From Gracilinanus agilis (lineage: Eukaryota): DNA of 64,000 nucleotides. The stretch spans positions 496,394,966-496,458,965 of the forward strand of contig NC_058130.1 in the NCBI RefSeq assembly GCF_016433145.1, in the 5' to 3' direction. Positions 1 through 10,790 of this stretch are shown here, one piece after another. Within the stretch, counting starts at the first letter, position 1. Every line of letters starts with the position of its first letter. The notes under the pieces are model-generated. The model had not been told where the DNA came from, did not search any database, and worked only from the letters and a program-made list of their open reading frames with translations. The position numbers were made by a program, and so were the translations under genes.

Positions 1-295
1 TTATCAGTTCATTTGGTTTCTGAGCCTCGCTTTCCAGTTGCAAGATTCTACCTTTTAAGCTGTTATTTTCTTGCCAGATCTCTTCCATTTTCCTCAAAAT
101 CTCAGATTTGAACTCTTCCATAGGTTGTGAGGAGTTTTCCTTATTTGGGGAGGATCTGGATGGTTGTTTGTTCTCCTCCTCTGTTTGCTCGGTTGTCTGG
201 ATTTTCTCTGTGTAGAAGCTGTCGAGTGTTAAAGACTTCTTTTTTTTGTTATTATTCTTTCTCTTCTGAATTTCCTGTAACTGGTTAGCCATCAT
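1..295 (-). CDS. L1 ORF1p N-terminus (partial, no stop before the window edge)
   Basis: Manual translation: MMANQLQEIQKRKNNNKKKKSLTLDSFYTEKIQTTEQTEEENKQPSRSSPNKENSSQPMEEFKSEILRKMEEIWQENNSLKGRILQLESEAQKPNELI, 98 codons with no stop. It is probably absent from the ORF track because it runs off the edge. Confidence 0.85.
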   Translation of the reverse strand, partial: MMANQLQEIQKRKNNNKKKKSLTLDSFYTEKIQTTEQTEEENKQPSRSSPNKENSSQPMEEFKSEILRKMEEIWQENNSLKGRILQLESEAQKPNELI

Positions 296-571
296 TAGCC
301 CAGCAGCTTCTCAGGTTTATCCTCGCTCTCAGTGTCTGTCTGAGATCTATTGGCTCCTGAGGATTGAGATCTAGTTTTTTCCAAGGTCAAGCCCCCTGGT
401 GGATTCCCTTGCTTGAACCTCTGCAGGAGGTTTCTTTACAAGTCTCAGGGCGCTACTTCCACAGTCGTATACCCGTCTGCACTGGTTCCCCACTTAGGCT
501 TTAGTTCCTGGTTGTGTTTACCTCCACCCACGCCTCTGCTCAGCCGGAGCTCCGCTCCCAGCGTCCGCTCC

Positions 572-592
572 CGCGCGCGCGCGCGCGCGCGC
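572..592. repeat. (CG)10 run in the L1 5' UTR
   Basis: cgcgcgcgcgcgcgcgcgcgc read directly. Confidence 0.95.
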
Positions 593-949
593 TCAGATTT
601 CGCGCTCAGATTTCGCGTGCGTTCTTGACTTAATGGGGTCCTAAGTCTTGCTGCTCTCAGGAACAGGTCCCGGAGCTGCTGATGACTCGATGGGTGCCCC
701 AAACTTGCTCTATTTCTTTTTAGCTGGGTTCAGAGCTATAGGAGAGTGTGGAGGGGGTGGGGGTGGGGCGGTTGCTCAGCTTGCGCTTGAGTGAGAGCCC
801 TTTTTAGCTTGGAAATGTCTCGATTCCACGTACCTTCCACGCTGTGTCCTGTTGTGGGGTTCCTCCGTTCGTCTGGACTTGTTTTTATGTCCCCTTGAGG
901 AGTTTTGTGTGTTTCGGTCAGGAGAGGTTTAGAGCTGCTTCTTACTCTG

Positions 950-959
950 CCGCCATCTT
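950..959 (-). promoter_or_regulatory. YY1 motif of the L1 internal promoter
   Basis: AAGATGGCGG about 10-20 nt from the L1 5' end, the known YY1 position in mammalian L1. Confidence 0.7.
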
Positions 960-970
960 AACCCGGAAGC

Positions 971-1880
971 AGAGATTAATTTTTTTAATTCTTTAAATGT
1001 TCCATAGAATTCACTTGTGAATCCATCTGGCCCTGGAGATGTTTTTTAGGGATTTCTTTGATAGTTTGTTCAAATTTTTTTTTCTGAGATAAGATTATTT
1101 AAGTATTCTATTTCATCTTTTGTTAATCTGGGCAATTTGTATTTTTTGTAAACATTAATCCATTTCACCAGATTGCTGAATTTATTGTCATATAATTGTG
1201 CAGAATTGCTCCTAATGATTGCTTCAATTTCCTCTTCATTGGTGGTGAATTCACTCTTTAAAATTTTTATATTGGTAATTTGATTTTTTCTCTTTCCTTT
1301 TTTAATCAAATAAACCAAAGCTCTATTGATTTCATTTGTTTTTTTTTTTCATTAAACCAACTCTCAGTTTTATTTACCAGTTGAGTAGTTCTCTTACTTT
1401 CAATTTTTAAAATTTCTCCTTTGAGTTTTTAGTATTTCCAACTTAGTCTTTAATTAGAAAATTTTAATTTATTCTTTTTCTAAGTTTTTTAGTTGCAGAG
1501 TCAATTCAATGGTCTTCTTTTCCTTTATTTTACTGATGTAACTATTCAGAGATACAAATTTTCCCCTAAGAACTGCTTTGGCTGTATTCCATTAAATTTT
1601 GATATGTTGTCTACTCATTGTCATTCTCCTTAATGAAATCATTGGTTGTTTCTATAATTTGTCCTTTGACCTACCCCTTTTTTTTAGAATTAGATCATTC
1701 AACTAATTTTTTTCAACTAATTTTTATTTGCCTTTCCATTGGCCCTTGTTGATTGTAATTTTTGTTGCATTATGATCTGAAAAGAATACATTTATTATTT
1801 CTGCTTTTCTATATTTGTTGCAAATTTTTATGCTCTTGTTAAATGGCCAATTTCTGTGCTTGTCCTAGTGTAAGTCTATA
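971..1880 (-). mobile_element. Older L1 ORF2 fragment (endonuclease-to-RT region)
   Basis: Minus strand encodes a degraded PGPDGFTSEFY-type L1 ORF2 motif near 1000-1050. ORF 1070..1318 (KYKLPRLTKDEIEYLN) is L1 ORF2-like. Confidence 0.88.
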
Positions 1881-2269
1881 AATAAATAATTTCAAATATC
1901 TCCTGCTGTTTAATTTAGACTTCTCATGCATTTCTGATAGAATAACTCATACTATAGTTATTTAAGCATTTGTCTTATTCCTATACTGGATTGCTGTTCC
2001 ATTAAGGATACTTACCATGCCTTGGCTTACCACTGAATAACTAGAACCAAGGAGAGTACATCACACATAGTAGGTATTCAATAAATACTGGTTGAATTGA
2101 GTTGAAGTCCACAGAAATCTCACACCTATGAACATGATTAGCTATCTATCAAACATCTTGCCAAAATTAGTCACTCAATCAGAAAACATGTATTTAACAT
2201 ATGCAATCCCTATGTGTAAGGCACTATACTAGGGGCTAGGAATAGGAAGGAAAGAAAAAAAAGTTATAG

Positions 2270-2480
2270 TATCTTCTATGTGCCAAATATGATAAGTCCT
2301 TTATAATGATCTTCACAAAAATTCTGGAAGATAGATACTATTATTATCCCACTTTAAAGTTGATGAAATTAAAGCAGGAAAAGGTTAAGTGACTTGCCCA
2401 GGGTCACATAGCTAGGAAATGAATGAGGATAAACTTGAACACAAGTCTTTCTGACTCCAGGACCAGTGTTCTATTCTCTG
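2270..2480 (-). mobile_element. MIR-family SINE
   Basis: CORE-SINE motif ggttaagtgacttgcccagggtcacatagctagg. Confidence 0.75.
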
Positions 2481-3243
2481 CAATGTCTTTCAAAGGTGAA
2501 GCAACTTTGTCCTCAAGGAGACTGCATGTTATCAGGGGAAACGTGTATATAAAGGTACATAAAATTATATTATAATTACTATATGAAATTATATATGTAC
2601 AAAATTAATATATAAAATTAATACAGGTAATAATTGAGAGGACTTACAGCTAAAAGTATCAAAAAAGGTTCCATACATAAATGATGCTTGAGCTAAGATT
2701 TGAATGAGATTAGGGATTTTAAGAGGTAGAGTCAAAACATAGACTTGAAACCTAAGACTTTCTGGCTCTACATCCAGTGCCTCTCTATTACAACAATCTG
2801 GCATTTAAAATTCTTCAAAATTTGGCTTCAGTCTACCTTTCTAGGCTGATTTTATATTGTTCAGTCTAACACAATCATCTTTCTAGACAAATGGTTCTGA
2901 ACTGTTTTCTATGCCTGGATATATATTTGGATATAAGGGCCATCTGCAAAGAGATAATTGAACCCAAAATAATATAAACATTCAGAACAAAGGAAATGAT
3001 AGATCTACTGTACACAGCACCAATCGGAACAAACTTGAAATATTACATTAACTCCAAAAATTCATTTAATTGTTGGTACTTTAACTCCTCTTTCTAGTGA
3101 CAAATGAATGTATTTACTACTGAAAAAACAAAAGCATACTAATTTGGGCATTCTTGTTAAAAGAAAAAGCAAAAGACAAATGGAAGTCATAACTAAAGTT
3201 CACAGGTCCTCTTTGTAGGAACAAAAAAATCAGCTAATGAAAA

Positions 3244-3400
3244 GTTAGGTGGTATAATGGTTAGAGTGCCAGGCCTAGGTCAGGAAGATTCATCTTCTCA
3301 TATGTAAAATAAGCTGGAAAAGGAAATGGCAAACCCCTCCAGTATTTTTTCCAAGAAAACTCCAAATGAGGTCACAAAAATGGACACAACTAAACAACAA
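3244..3400 (+). mobile_element. MAR1-like marsupial SINE with internal deletion
   Basis: tRNA-like head plus agctggaaaaggaaatggcaaacccctccagtat...gccaag-type tail. Confidence 0.75.
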
Positions 3401-4759
3401 TAAATTTGCTTAGCACCTGCTATGTACAAAGAATTGTGCTGAATGCTGGGGAAACAAACAGAAAAAATAAGACAATCCCTGTTTGCCTAGAGCTCAGGTT
3501 TTAATACAGGAGAAAGCACATAAATATTTCAACTACATCAGATGGAAAACCCTAGGTCGCAGTGACAAGGTCCTTAGGTTGCAGCAACAAGAGGGATGAT
3601 AATCAATCCTCTTTATTGCTATTTCCTTTAATAACACGATATGCATTTCTGATGTTGAAAAATTAAGTTTCTTTTCTGGGACTTCAGTAACTGCAGCTGC
3701 TCAGGAGACTGAGGCTATAGCACTTAGAGAAATAATTATAAGCCACCTCCCAGTGAGTATTGCTTCATCAGATGATGACTTCCAGGTGGTCTGGGAACTG
3801 GACAGGTGTCCTGGGATTTGCTGTTATTTGCAGGGCTCATGGGTACAATGTTCTGAGTTAACTCTGGAGCTTTGAAAGGAAATGGTTGTTGAGATGGTAG
3901 AAGTGGTTTGATTAGCTGGTACCGACCACCTTCTGTGTCTCCCTCAAGGGATCTCGATACTTCAGCCAGGGCAGTGGCAGCAGGTGTTGATAGTAGCAGT
4001 TTCTACCTTGGATGATGACTAAGGTCCGGGGTTGGGAGTAGAGCCAATAGTAAGAGAGTCTCTGCTATTCCCCAAATAAAGGATTTGGTGGAGGTGGTTT
4101 TAGCTTATATCAAAAGGCAACAATAATATCATTTCGTGATCTACCTAAAATTAGCTATTTCATATTGTAAGGCTATGACAGAAATAATTGTTGTTTCTGC
4201 ATTAACACTTGTCACAGAGATTAAGAAACACAATTTTTTACAAAGGACTCAAATACTATGAGAGAATCATAAAATCATAGATAAGGAAGGAACCTTAAGT
4301 CATTAAGTCCATATCCTCATTTTACAGGTGAGGAGGCCAAGGTATAGGTAAGTCACACAGTTAGCAGATGTATGTGGCAGAACTTGAAGGTTTTATACTT
4401 TAATATTTGGTGATTTTCAAGCAAATATTGGCATACAGGTGGGGTTACAAAAATATGTTCGGAAACAAAAAATAACATAAAAAAATGCAACCAATTATAC
4501 TTAGAGAGGATATGACTATCACTGTGGGATTCATTTTCTAATAAACTCTGTGTATAGTCTAATATCAACTTATTGAGCAAAGATCAAAAGCAAATTAGAA
4601 TAGAAGCATTTAAAATATAGTGCACACTTGAAATGATCCCAACGTGATCTACCTAACTAGCTATTGATGCCTCCAAAAAAGGAAAAGAATAAAATAACAA
4701 ATATTGATACGATCTATCACCATTTCCTAAGCAATTTTAACCAGTACAAATAAATTCCC

Positions 4760-5340
4760 ACAGTGGGAAGACTAATAGAGACTAAAATGAGACTTATCCA
4801 ACAAATACGTGTTCTTCTGGCCAAGCGGAGAGATAAGGAATTCAAGGGCAACACAAGTTCAGAATATAAATTTGTTTGTAAAATTTTATGGAGGAGAATG
4901 GTGAAAGATTATGAGCACTCTCATCTCATAAAACAAGAAGCAGTGGAGGGAACAATAAGTTTACAGGAAGCTTGGCAGGAGCCTAACTAAGGCAGAGCAT
5001 CCCAAAGGCATTAAAGGATGAAACTAAGGACAGAGTGGTGAACAGACAAAAAATGAAAAATATGTGTGAATATATCTATTACAAACTCTTTATTTTTATC
5101 TGACCATGGAGTCATCATATTGGATATTCTAACATCATAGTCCCAGAAGTATTTCAAGAGGAAGTAGAAATAGGACAAATATTGGAAGAGTGCCAGAACA
5201 AGATCAATTGACCATGTTCATAATAGAACCCACACACTTTTGAGAGTATCAAGATATCTAGTTTTGAGATAGATGCAAGATGCAGGATAAAAAATTCTTT
5301 GGGAAAAAATCATGGATCTTATTATGACAAAAAAGATGAT
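4760..5340 (+). mobile_element. RTE LINE fragment (endonuclease-RT linker)
   Basis: ORF 4763..4990 (CKILWRRMVKDYEHSHLIKQEAVEG) and downstream PEVFQEEVE resemble marsupial RTE ORF. Confidence 0.7.
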
Positions 5341-5359
5341 TTAGAAAATATCAATAGCA

Positions 5360-5940
5360 GTGTCAAAAAGTGGGGACACTAATACACTGTTGGTGGAACT
5401 TTGAACTGATCCAATCATGTTAGAGAGCAATTTGGAATTCTGTCTAGAGAATTATAAAACTGCATATCCTTAGACCCAGCAATATTGGTGCTGGGTCTAT
5501 TTCCCTAGGAGATTAGGGAAAAGGGACAAGAATTTATATGTTCCAAAATATTTATAGCAGCTCTCTTTGTGGTGGCAAAGAACTGGAATTTGAGGAAATG
5601 TCCATCAATTGGGAAATGGATAAACAAATGGTTGTGCATGACTGTGATGGAATACTACTGTGCAGTAAGAAAAAATTAATGGATTAATGTTTTTAAAAAT
5701 TTGGAAAAAAACAACATGATAAAGAGTGAAACAAGTAGAATCAAGGGAGCATTATATGTAGTTACAGATTTAATATTTGAAGAAGAATAATTTGTGAATG
5801 TTCACCTCCACAGAATGAACTGAGAAATGGAAACACAAAAGACATAATCTATATATTTTGCTAGATAGTTGCCCTCTTTGGTGTGGGGAGGGGAGGAAGG
5901 GGCTGAATTAAAAAATACCTTTTTTTCAAAAAAGAAAGAA
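5360..5940 (+). mobile_element. Old L1 3' fragment
   Basis: gggacactaatacactgttggtgga, ccatcaattgggaaatggataaacaaat and a G-rich 3' UTR with A tail. Confidence 0.85.
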
Positions 5941-6281
5941 AATATTAATAGCTACCACCCCATGTGCCTACTTCCCCATCTAAATTATGACCACACACTA
6001 CAACAGTTAAAATAAGAGCTTTCTGAATTAAGGCAGTTTGAAAACAAGGAGCAAACAGCCAATTCTACCTTTTTATTTTGATAATTTCATTGAAGAGCAA
6101 ATACCACTCCAAATGCATGACTAAATGATCATCTTGTGTACACACAAGGAAAGGAAAAAGAAACCCATTCATATCCTGAAGAGATTTAATGAAACATTTT
6201 CATTATAACTAGCTGGGGATAGGAGTGAGATACTGTAGTTCAACTTCATGTCTGGATTCAATGGCATAACCATCCCCTAGT

Positions 6282-6484
6282 CAGTGATGGGCAAACTTTT
6301 TAAAGTGGGGGCCAAAGGAAAGGAAAAGCTCATGTGTCAGTCTGTTTCTAAGCTAACTCTTTCAAAGTTTCATTGTATTGTGTCCTACTCATTGTATTCG
6401 TCAGATTTGGAATAATGTCACACAGCTGGATAGAACATTTCAGGGGGTCCCATCTAGCCTGGGGCTGCAGTTTGCCCATCACTG
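6282..6484. mobile_element. hAT MITE, 203 bp (OposCharlie/OC1-like)
   Basis: Perfect 16-bp terminal inverted repeats CAGTGATGGGCAAACT ... AGTTTGCCCATCACTG. Confidence 0.85.
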
Positions 6485-6798
6485 CAGCAGCTCCAAAGAC
6501 TACTTCCCACCTTTCTCTTTTTGTATAAGGGAAAGTCTAACATGTTGAGATATGTTCTCCTTTTGAAGGGTTCCAAGATCATGATTGATGGATAATATTA
6601 CCTGCTATTACCATTTCTAGACCTCTCCTTTGGAGTCTTTGGGTGTAGTAATTGGTTGAGGAGAATGAGAATATAATGTTTCCTTATTTACTCAAAGTTG
6701 TCTAATATGGTAGATATAGAGGGTCTTGCCTAAGATTCCAGGTGATATGGAATGGTACCATTTGGGCACAGATTGACATTTATCAGGAGGATATTATT

Positions 6799-6981
6799 AT
6801 TTTTTTAACCTTTAACTTCTGTGTATTGGTTCATAGGTGGAAGAGTGGTAAGGGCGGGCAATGGAGGTCAAGTGACTTGCCCAGGGTCACACAGCTGGGA
6901 AGTGTCTGAGACCGGATTTGAACCTAGGACCTCCCGTCTCTAGGTCTGACTCTCCATCCACTGAGCTACCCAGTTGCCCCC
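6799..6981 (-). mobile_element. Young SINE1_Mdo-like element with 18-bp target-site duplication
   Basis: TSD tatcaggaggatattatt at 6781-6798 and 6982-6999; full tRNA-derived head and A tail. Confidence 0.93.
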
Positions 6982-8369
6982 TATCAGGAGGATATTATTG
7001 GACAAAAAGGGAGACATCTTCTTGGCTTGTTTTAGAGGGAGAAGCAAAAAAGGAAAAGATAAGTGACAATCTTTGGATATATGCCAATTATTTGACAGGA
7101 GCCAGAAGAACAACTTTGGATTATTCTCAAGAGAAAGGTTTCATCAAGTTGGTTATGTCCCACTCTAATCTATCTTCATTCAAGTTATTTAAGTTATATT
7201 TAACAGGGGAGAAGAAATCAACTTCCAATACAGTAAGGTCCTCAAAGAGTATACCAATCAATATAGTTATTTGTAATTGTTTATATGTAAATAATCTACA
7301 ATAATCAATATATTTCACATACCTTTCTCAGAGTGAACAAGTATAACACTTGCTATTACTAAATTCTAAGAAGCAAATTGACATCTTTATGGATATAAAA
7401 ACAGTTTAGAATTAAAGAGGCTACACATTATATAAAGCATTTCAGAAGTTAATTTTTTGTTCAGCCTGGCATACCATCTCTATAAATTTGTTAAAACAAT
7501 AATTAACGCAGGTATCAAGAACATACTTGATGAAGATGGGTAAATAGGAAAGTTTTTGTTAATGATATTCTACAGCAGACCACATCCTTAAAGTTACACA
7601 ATTGACTGAAAGGCACAGAAAACACAAAATCCCTTTGTGTTTCTCATTCATTGATAACATAAAATAAATTGATTGAGTAGAACAAAATAATACCTCAAAA
7701 GATCTCCAACAAGATGCTTCTGATGTTTGATATGTTCAATACCTGACACAGTTGCCTTTTTCTATATCTCCCATGAAGTTTGGATTGTTTTTTTTCCTAA
7801 AAGACAAAGAAGCTCTCCCCAAGATTTGATTGTTTCTGAGTGCTAATGTTCAAACTGCCTAACACAGTTTCCTGGTGGTCTCAGGCCATGTCAACATGTC
7901 TTGCTGGTCACCTAATATTATAAAAAGTCCACTCACATAAAAGGCTAAAGATTTTTCAGGTTTGGTAAATGTCCAAAGCCTCGCAAGTCACCATACTTTG
8001 CATGCTGACTAGATTCATTTCAATATAAAGAGGAGTGGGATATTGTGTCAGCCAGAAATAAGTGCTGAATCTGTGCTGAATATTCTTTCTATATTATGCC
8101 TAATTAAGCCTCCTTTTATTCGCTATTAAATGATCTACAAGTGTATCATCGCATTCCAACATTATATCTAAACTACAAAAGGACTAATGTAAGTCACTAT
8201 TATCTATATGTCAAAAATTACAGGAAATCCCTGCAAAAGTGTCAAGTTTATATGTTCAAAGATTTTCATAGCAGTATTATTTATAGCAAAACAAAAACTT
8301 GGAAATTGATATTAAATGTTACATTCAGTACTTAAATGCTTCTATGATTTCTACAATCTGAAATCATTT

Positions 8370-8640
8370 CCTCCACCTCTCCAAGCCACTGCTTCTTCAA
8401 TCTTGCCTATTCTTTGCAACTCTTGTCTATGTTCCTTCATAAGTTTCCCACAGGAAGTCCACCCAGTGGGCAGGAGGTCTTCCTGTCTTTCTCCAGATAG
8501 TTCAAAGGTATCAGTTGTTATCCTTCACTTTAATTGTGGGAGAAGTCTATTTTCTCTTATCATATAACTCCTTGATGATAACTTTTATTCTTCTCCAGTG
8601 GTCAGATGTTACAACCTGCTCAAATCCATATTGTGTATCT
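8370..8640 (-). mobile_element. RTE LINE 3' fragment
   Basis: Minus translation contains a GRPPAHWVD-type RTE C-terminal motif. Confidence 0.7.
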
Positions 8641-10075
8641 CTATCATCCTTTGTGTAATATTAATTTTTAGTTCTTTGGAAATTTTTGTATTCCATGTCT
8701 TGATGACTAGTAGAATATTGATATTATAAAAATTCACTTTTTATATGAATCTTTGAATAATTATAAGAATTTTTGTAATATCCCAAAAGCAATCCAGTCT
8801 CTTCCATTCAGTTACAGGCTCAACTCATTGTCCATCTGTTCAGGTAGGGAGATTTTCCTTAACATGAACTTCCTGTACCAATGAAAAGAAGTGGAGAGGG
8901 AACAAACATTTAATAAATGCTTATTATATGCCAGGTACTGAGCTAAACACTTTACATATATTATATAATTTGAAATAATAATCTTTTGTCATCTTAGTGA
9001 AATAAAAGGCAATTCCTTTTGCTTATGATAAATATTTAAATGTATATTTATTTAAATTAATGAGATGGAATAATAGAGAAATAAATGATTCATTAACCAT
9101 CTGATTACTAATATCAAATGAGGAACAAATAGGAAGATGTTATTGCTCATCAGCAAAGGAAATTACCAGTGTCATGAAGGATGATTATTGCAAAATCCAA
9201 ATGGAAGGTTGATTGCTCATGAATATCAGGATCATCCAGATGGAATGGAATGGAAAATATATATGAAGTGTTTATTCTGTGCCAACTATGTATTGAGGAT
9301 ACAAACAAAAGCAAAACAGTCCCTATTGTCAAGGAGCTCATGTTCTAATTAGGAGATACCAAAAAGGCCAGTTATCCTTAGGATGCTGTGGAAATATGGA
9401 TTATGAAAGATATGATGCCTTCATAGAGATCATAATAATGTTAATGAACATACTTCTAAAAGGTTGATCTACTTTCTGTGGATTTTTACTTTTGGTTTTA
9501 AAGATGATTCAGAAAGATTTCAATTAAAATGTTATTTTGGTATATATGTATATTTCTGTGGTCATTCATTTATTTTTATGAATTGTAAATGTTTGCTTTT
9601 ATTTCATTGAAAACAATGACTTTAACAAAATGAAATTTCATAGTGAGATGCTAAATAAGAGGTCTAGCCTATATACCTTTCATTAGTAGATTTATGATAT
9701 CCTTAATAATCATTCTCATACTTGTGTTTCACATATGAACTGTTTAAGAATGGTAGAACAGCACAAATGATTGAACAGTTTTCAAAATCTTTTAGGTGTT
9801 TTTTTCTGATTATATTCTTCTAAATGTGAGTTTGGAACATTTACATGAAATAAACCTGCAGATACCAAACATTGGTTTGCAAATTTCCCCAAACTTTCTT
9901 TTAATCACTTGTTAACTTCTGAACAATATTTATTCTTGCAAAATTTTTAAATGGGTATAGTTTATCATCCAGGTTTCTTATTCATTAATTTTTAAGAGAT
10001 AAGTGTTCTTCCTTTGAGTCCTGATAACCTATATTTCCATTGCTATCCCTAGAAGCTATTAAAACTTGAGTACAT

Positions 10076-10278
10076 GGGGGGCACAGCTAAGTGGCTCAGG
10101 GGGTTGAGAGCCAGGCCTAGAGATGGGAGGTCCAGGGTTCAAATGTGATTTCACACTTCCTAGCTGTGTGACCCTGGCCAAGTCACTTGATCCCCATTGC
10201 CTAGCCTTTACCACTCTTCTATCTTGAAACCAATAATTAGTACTGATTATAAGACAAAATATAAAGGTTTTAAAAAAA
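10076..10278 (+). mobile_element. SINE1_Mdo-like SINE
   Basis: Head gagagccaggcctagagatgggagg, CORE and A tail. Confidence 0.85.
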
Positions 10279-10289
10279 ACCTTGGCTAC

Positions 10290-10790
10290 ACTAAGACTTT
10301 TAGGATACCCTGTAAATTGGACAGACACTCTGGTTGGACAGAGAAATGGCCCAAGAATTGAGTCAAAGAGAAGATAGATTTCCTTTTGGAAACGTGCAGT
10401 TCTTTTAATGCACAAAACTTGTCCCTGAAAAATTTTTTCAATATCAAAATGATTCCAATGCTGCTACATGATTCAACCACAGATTATCTGTTTCCAAGAA
10501 ATTTGGCTTAAGGATCACATAAAGGACAATGGCAAGTAAAAAAAAAACATTAACAATGAAGGCCTGAATGAGAGGAATGCCTGACTATAAAAGATACCAT
10601 AAGAAAGATAATTGGAAGAGAAGTAAAAGCAAAGGATAATCAATGGATAACAGAGTATCTATCTATGAAATGCCAAATGATCCATGAAATGACCCTTAGC
10701 AAGTTGAGTAGAACCACTTTGGTGGATTTATAGGAAAACCTAGACAAGAGTTGCCCAGAAAGAGAAGGCAGAGATCTATCTAAGTATAGA
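10290..10790 (+). mobile_element. RTE LINE 3' fragment
   Basis: Degraded RTE RT C-terminal sequence ending in gacaagagttgcccag. Confidence 0.6.

Larger units (their letters stand above)
1..970 (-). mobile_element. Young L1 (L1_Mdo-like): 5' UTR plus ORF1 start, continuing off the left edge
   Basis: Minus strand begins GCTTCCGGGTTAAGATGGCGGCAGAG, a typical L1 5' terminus. The 5' UTR is CpG-rich and is followed by an open ORF1. Confidence 0.92.

Noticed and set aside
6485-7380. Endogenous filovirus, bornavirus or parvovirus fragment
   Set aside because: I translated several frames by hand and saw no convincing match to recalled NP or NS1 motifs. Stop density in the minus frame is about what chance predicts. 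The region is kept only as an unassigned segment.
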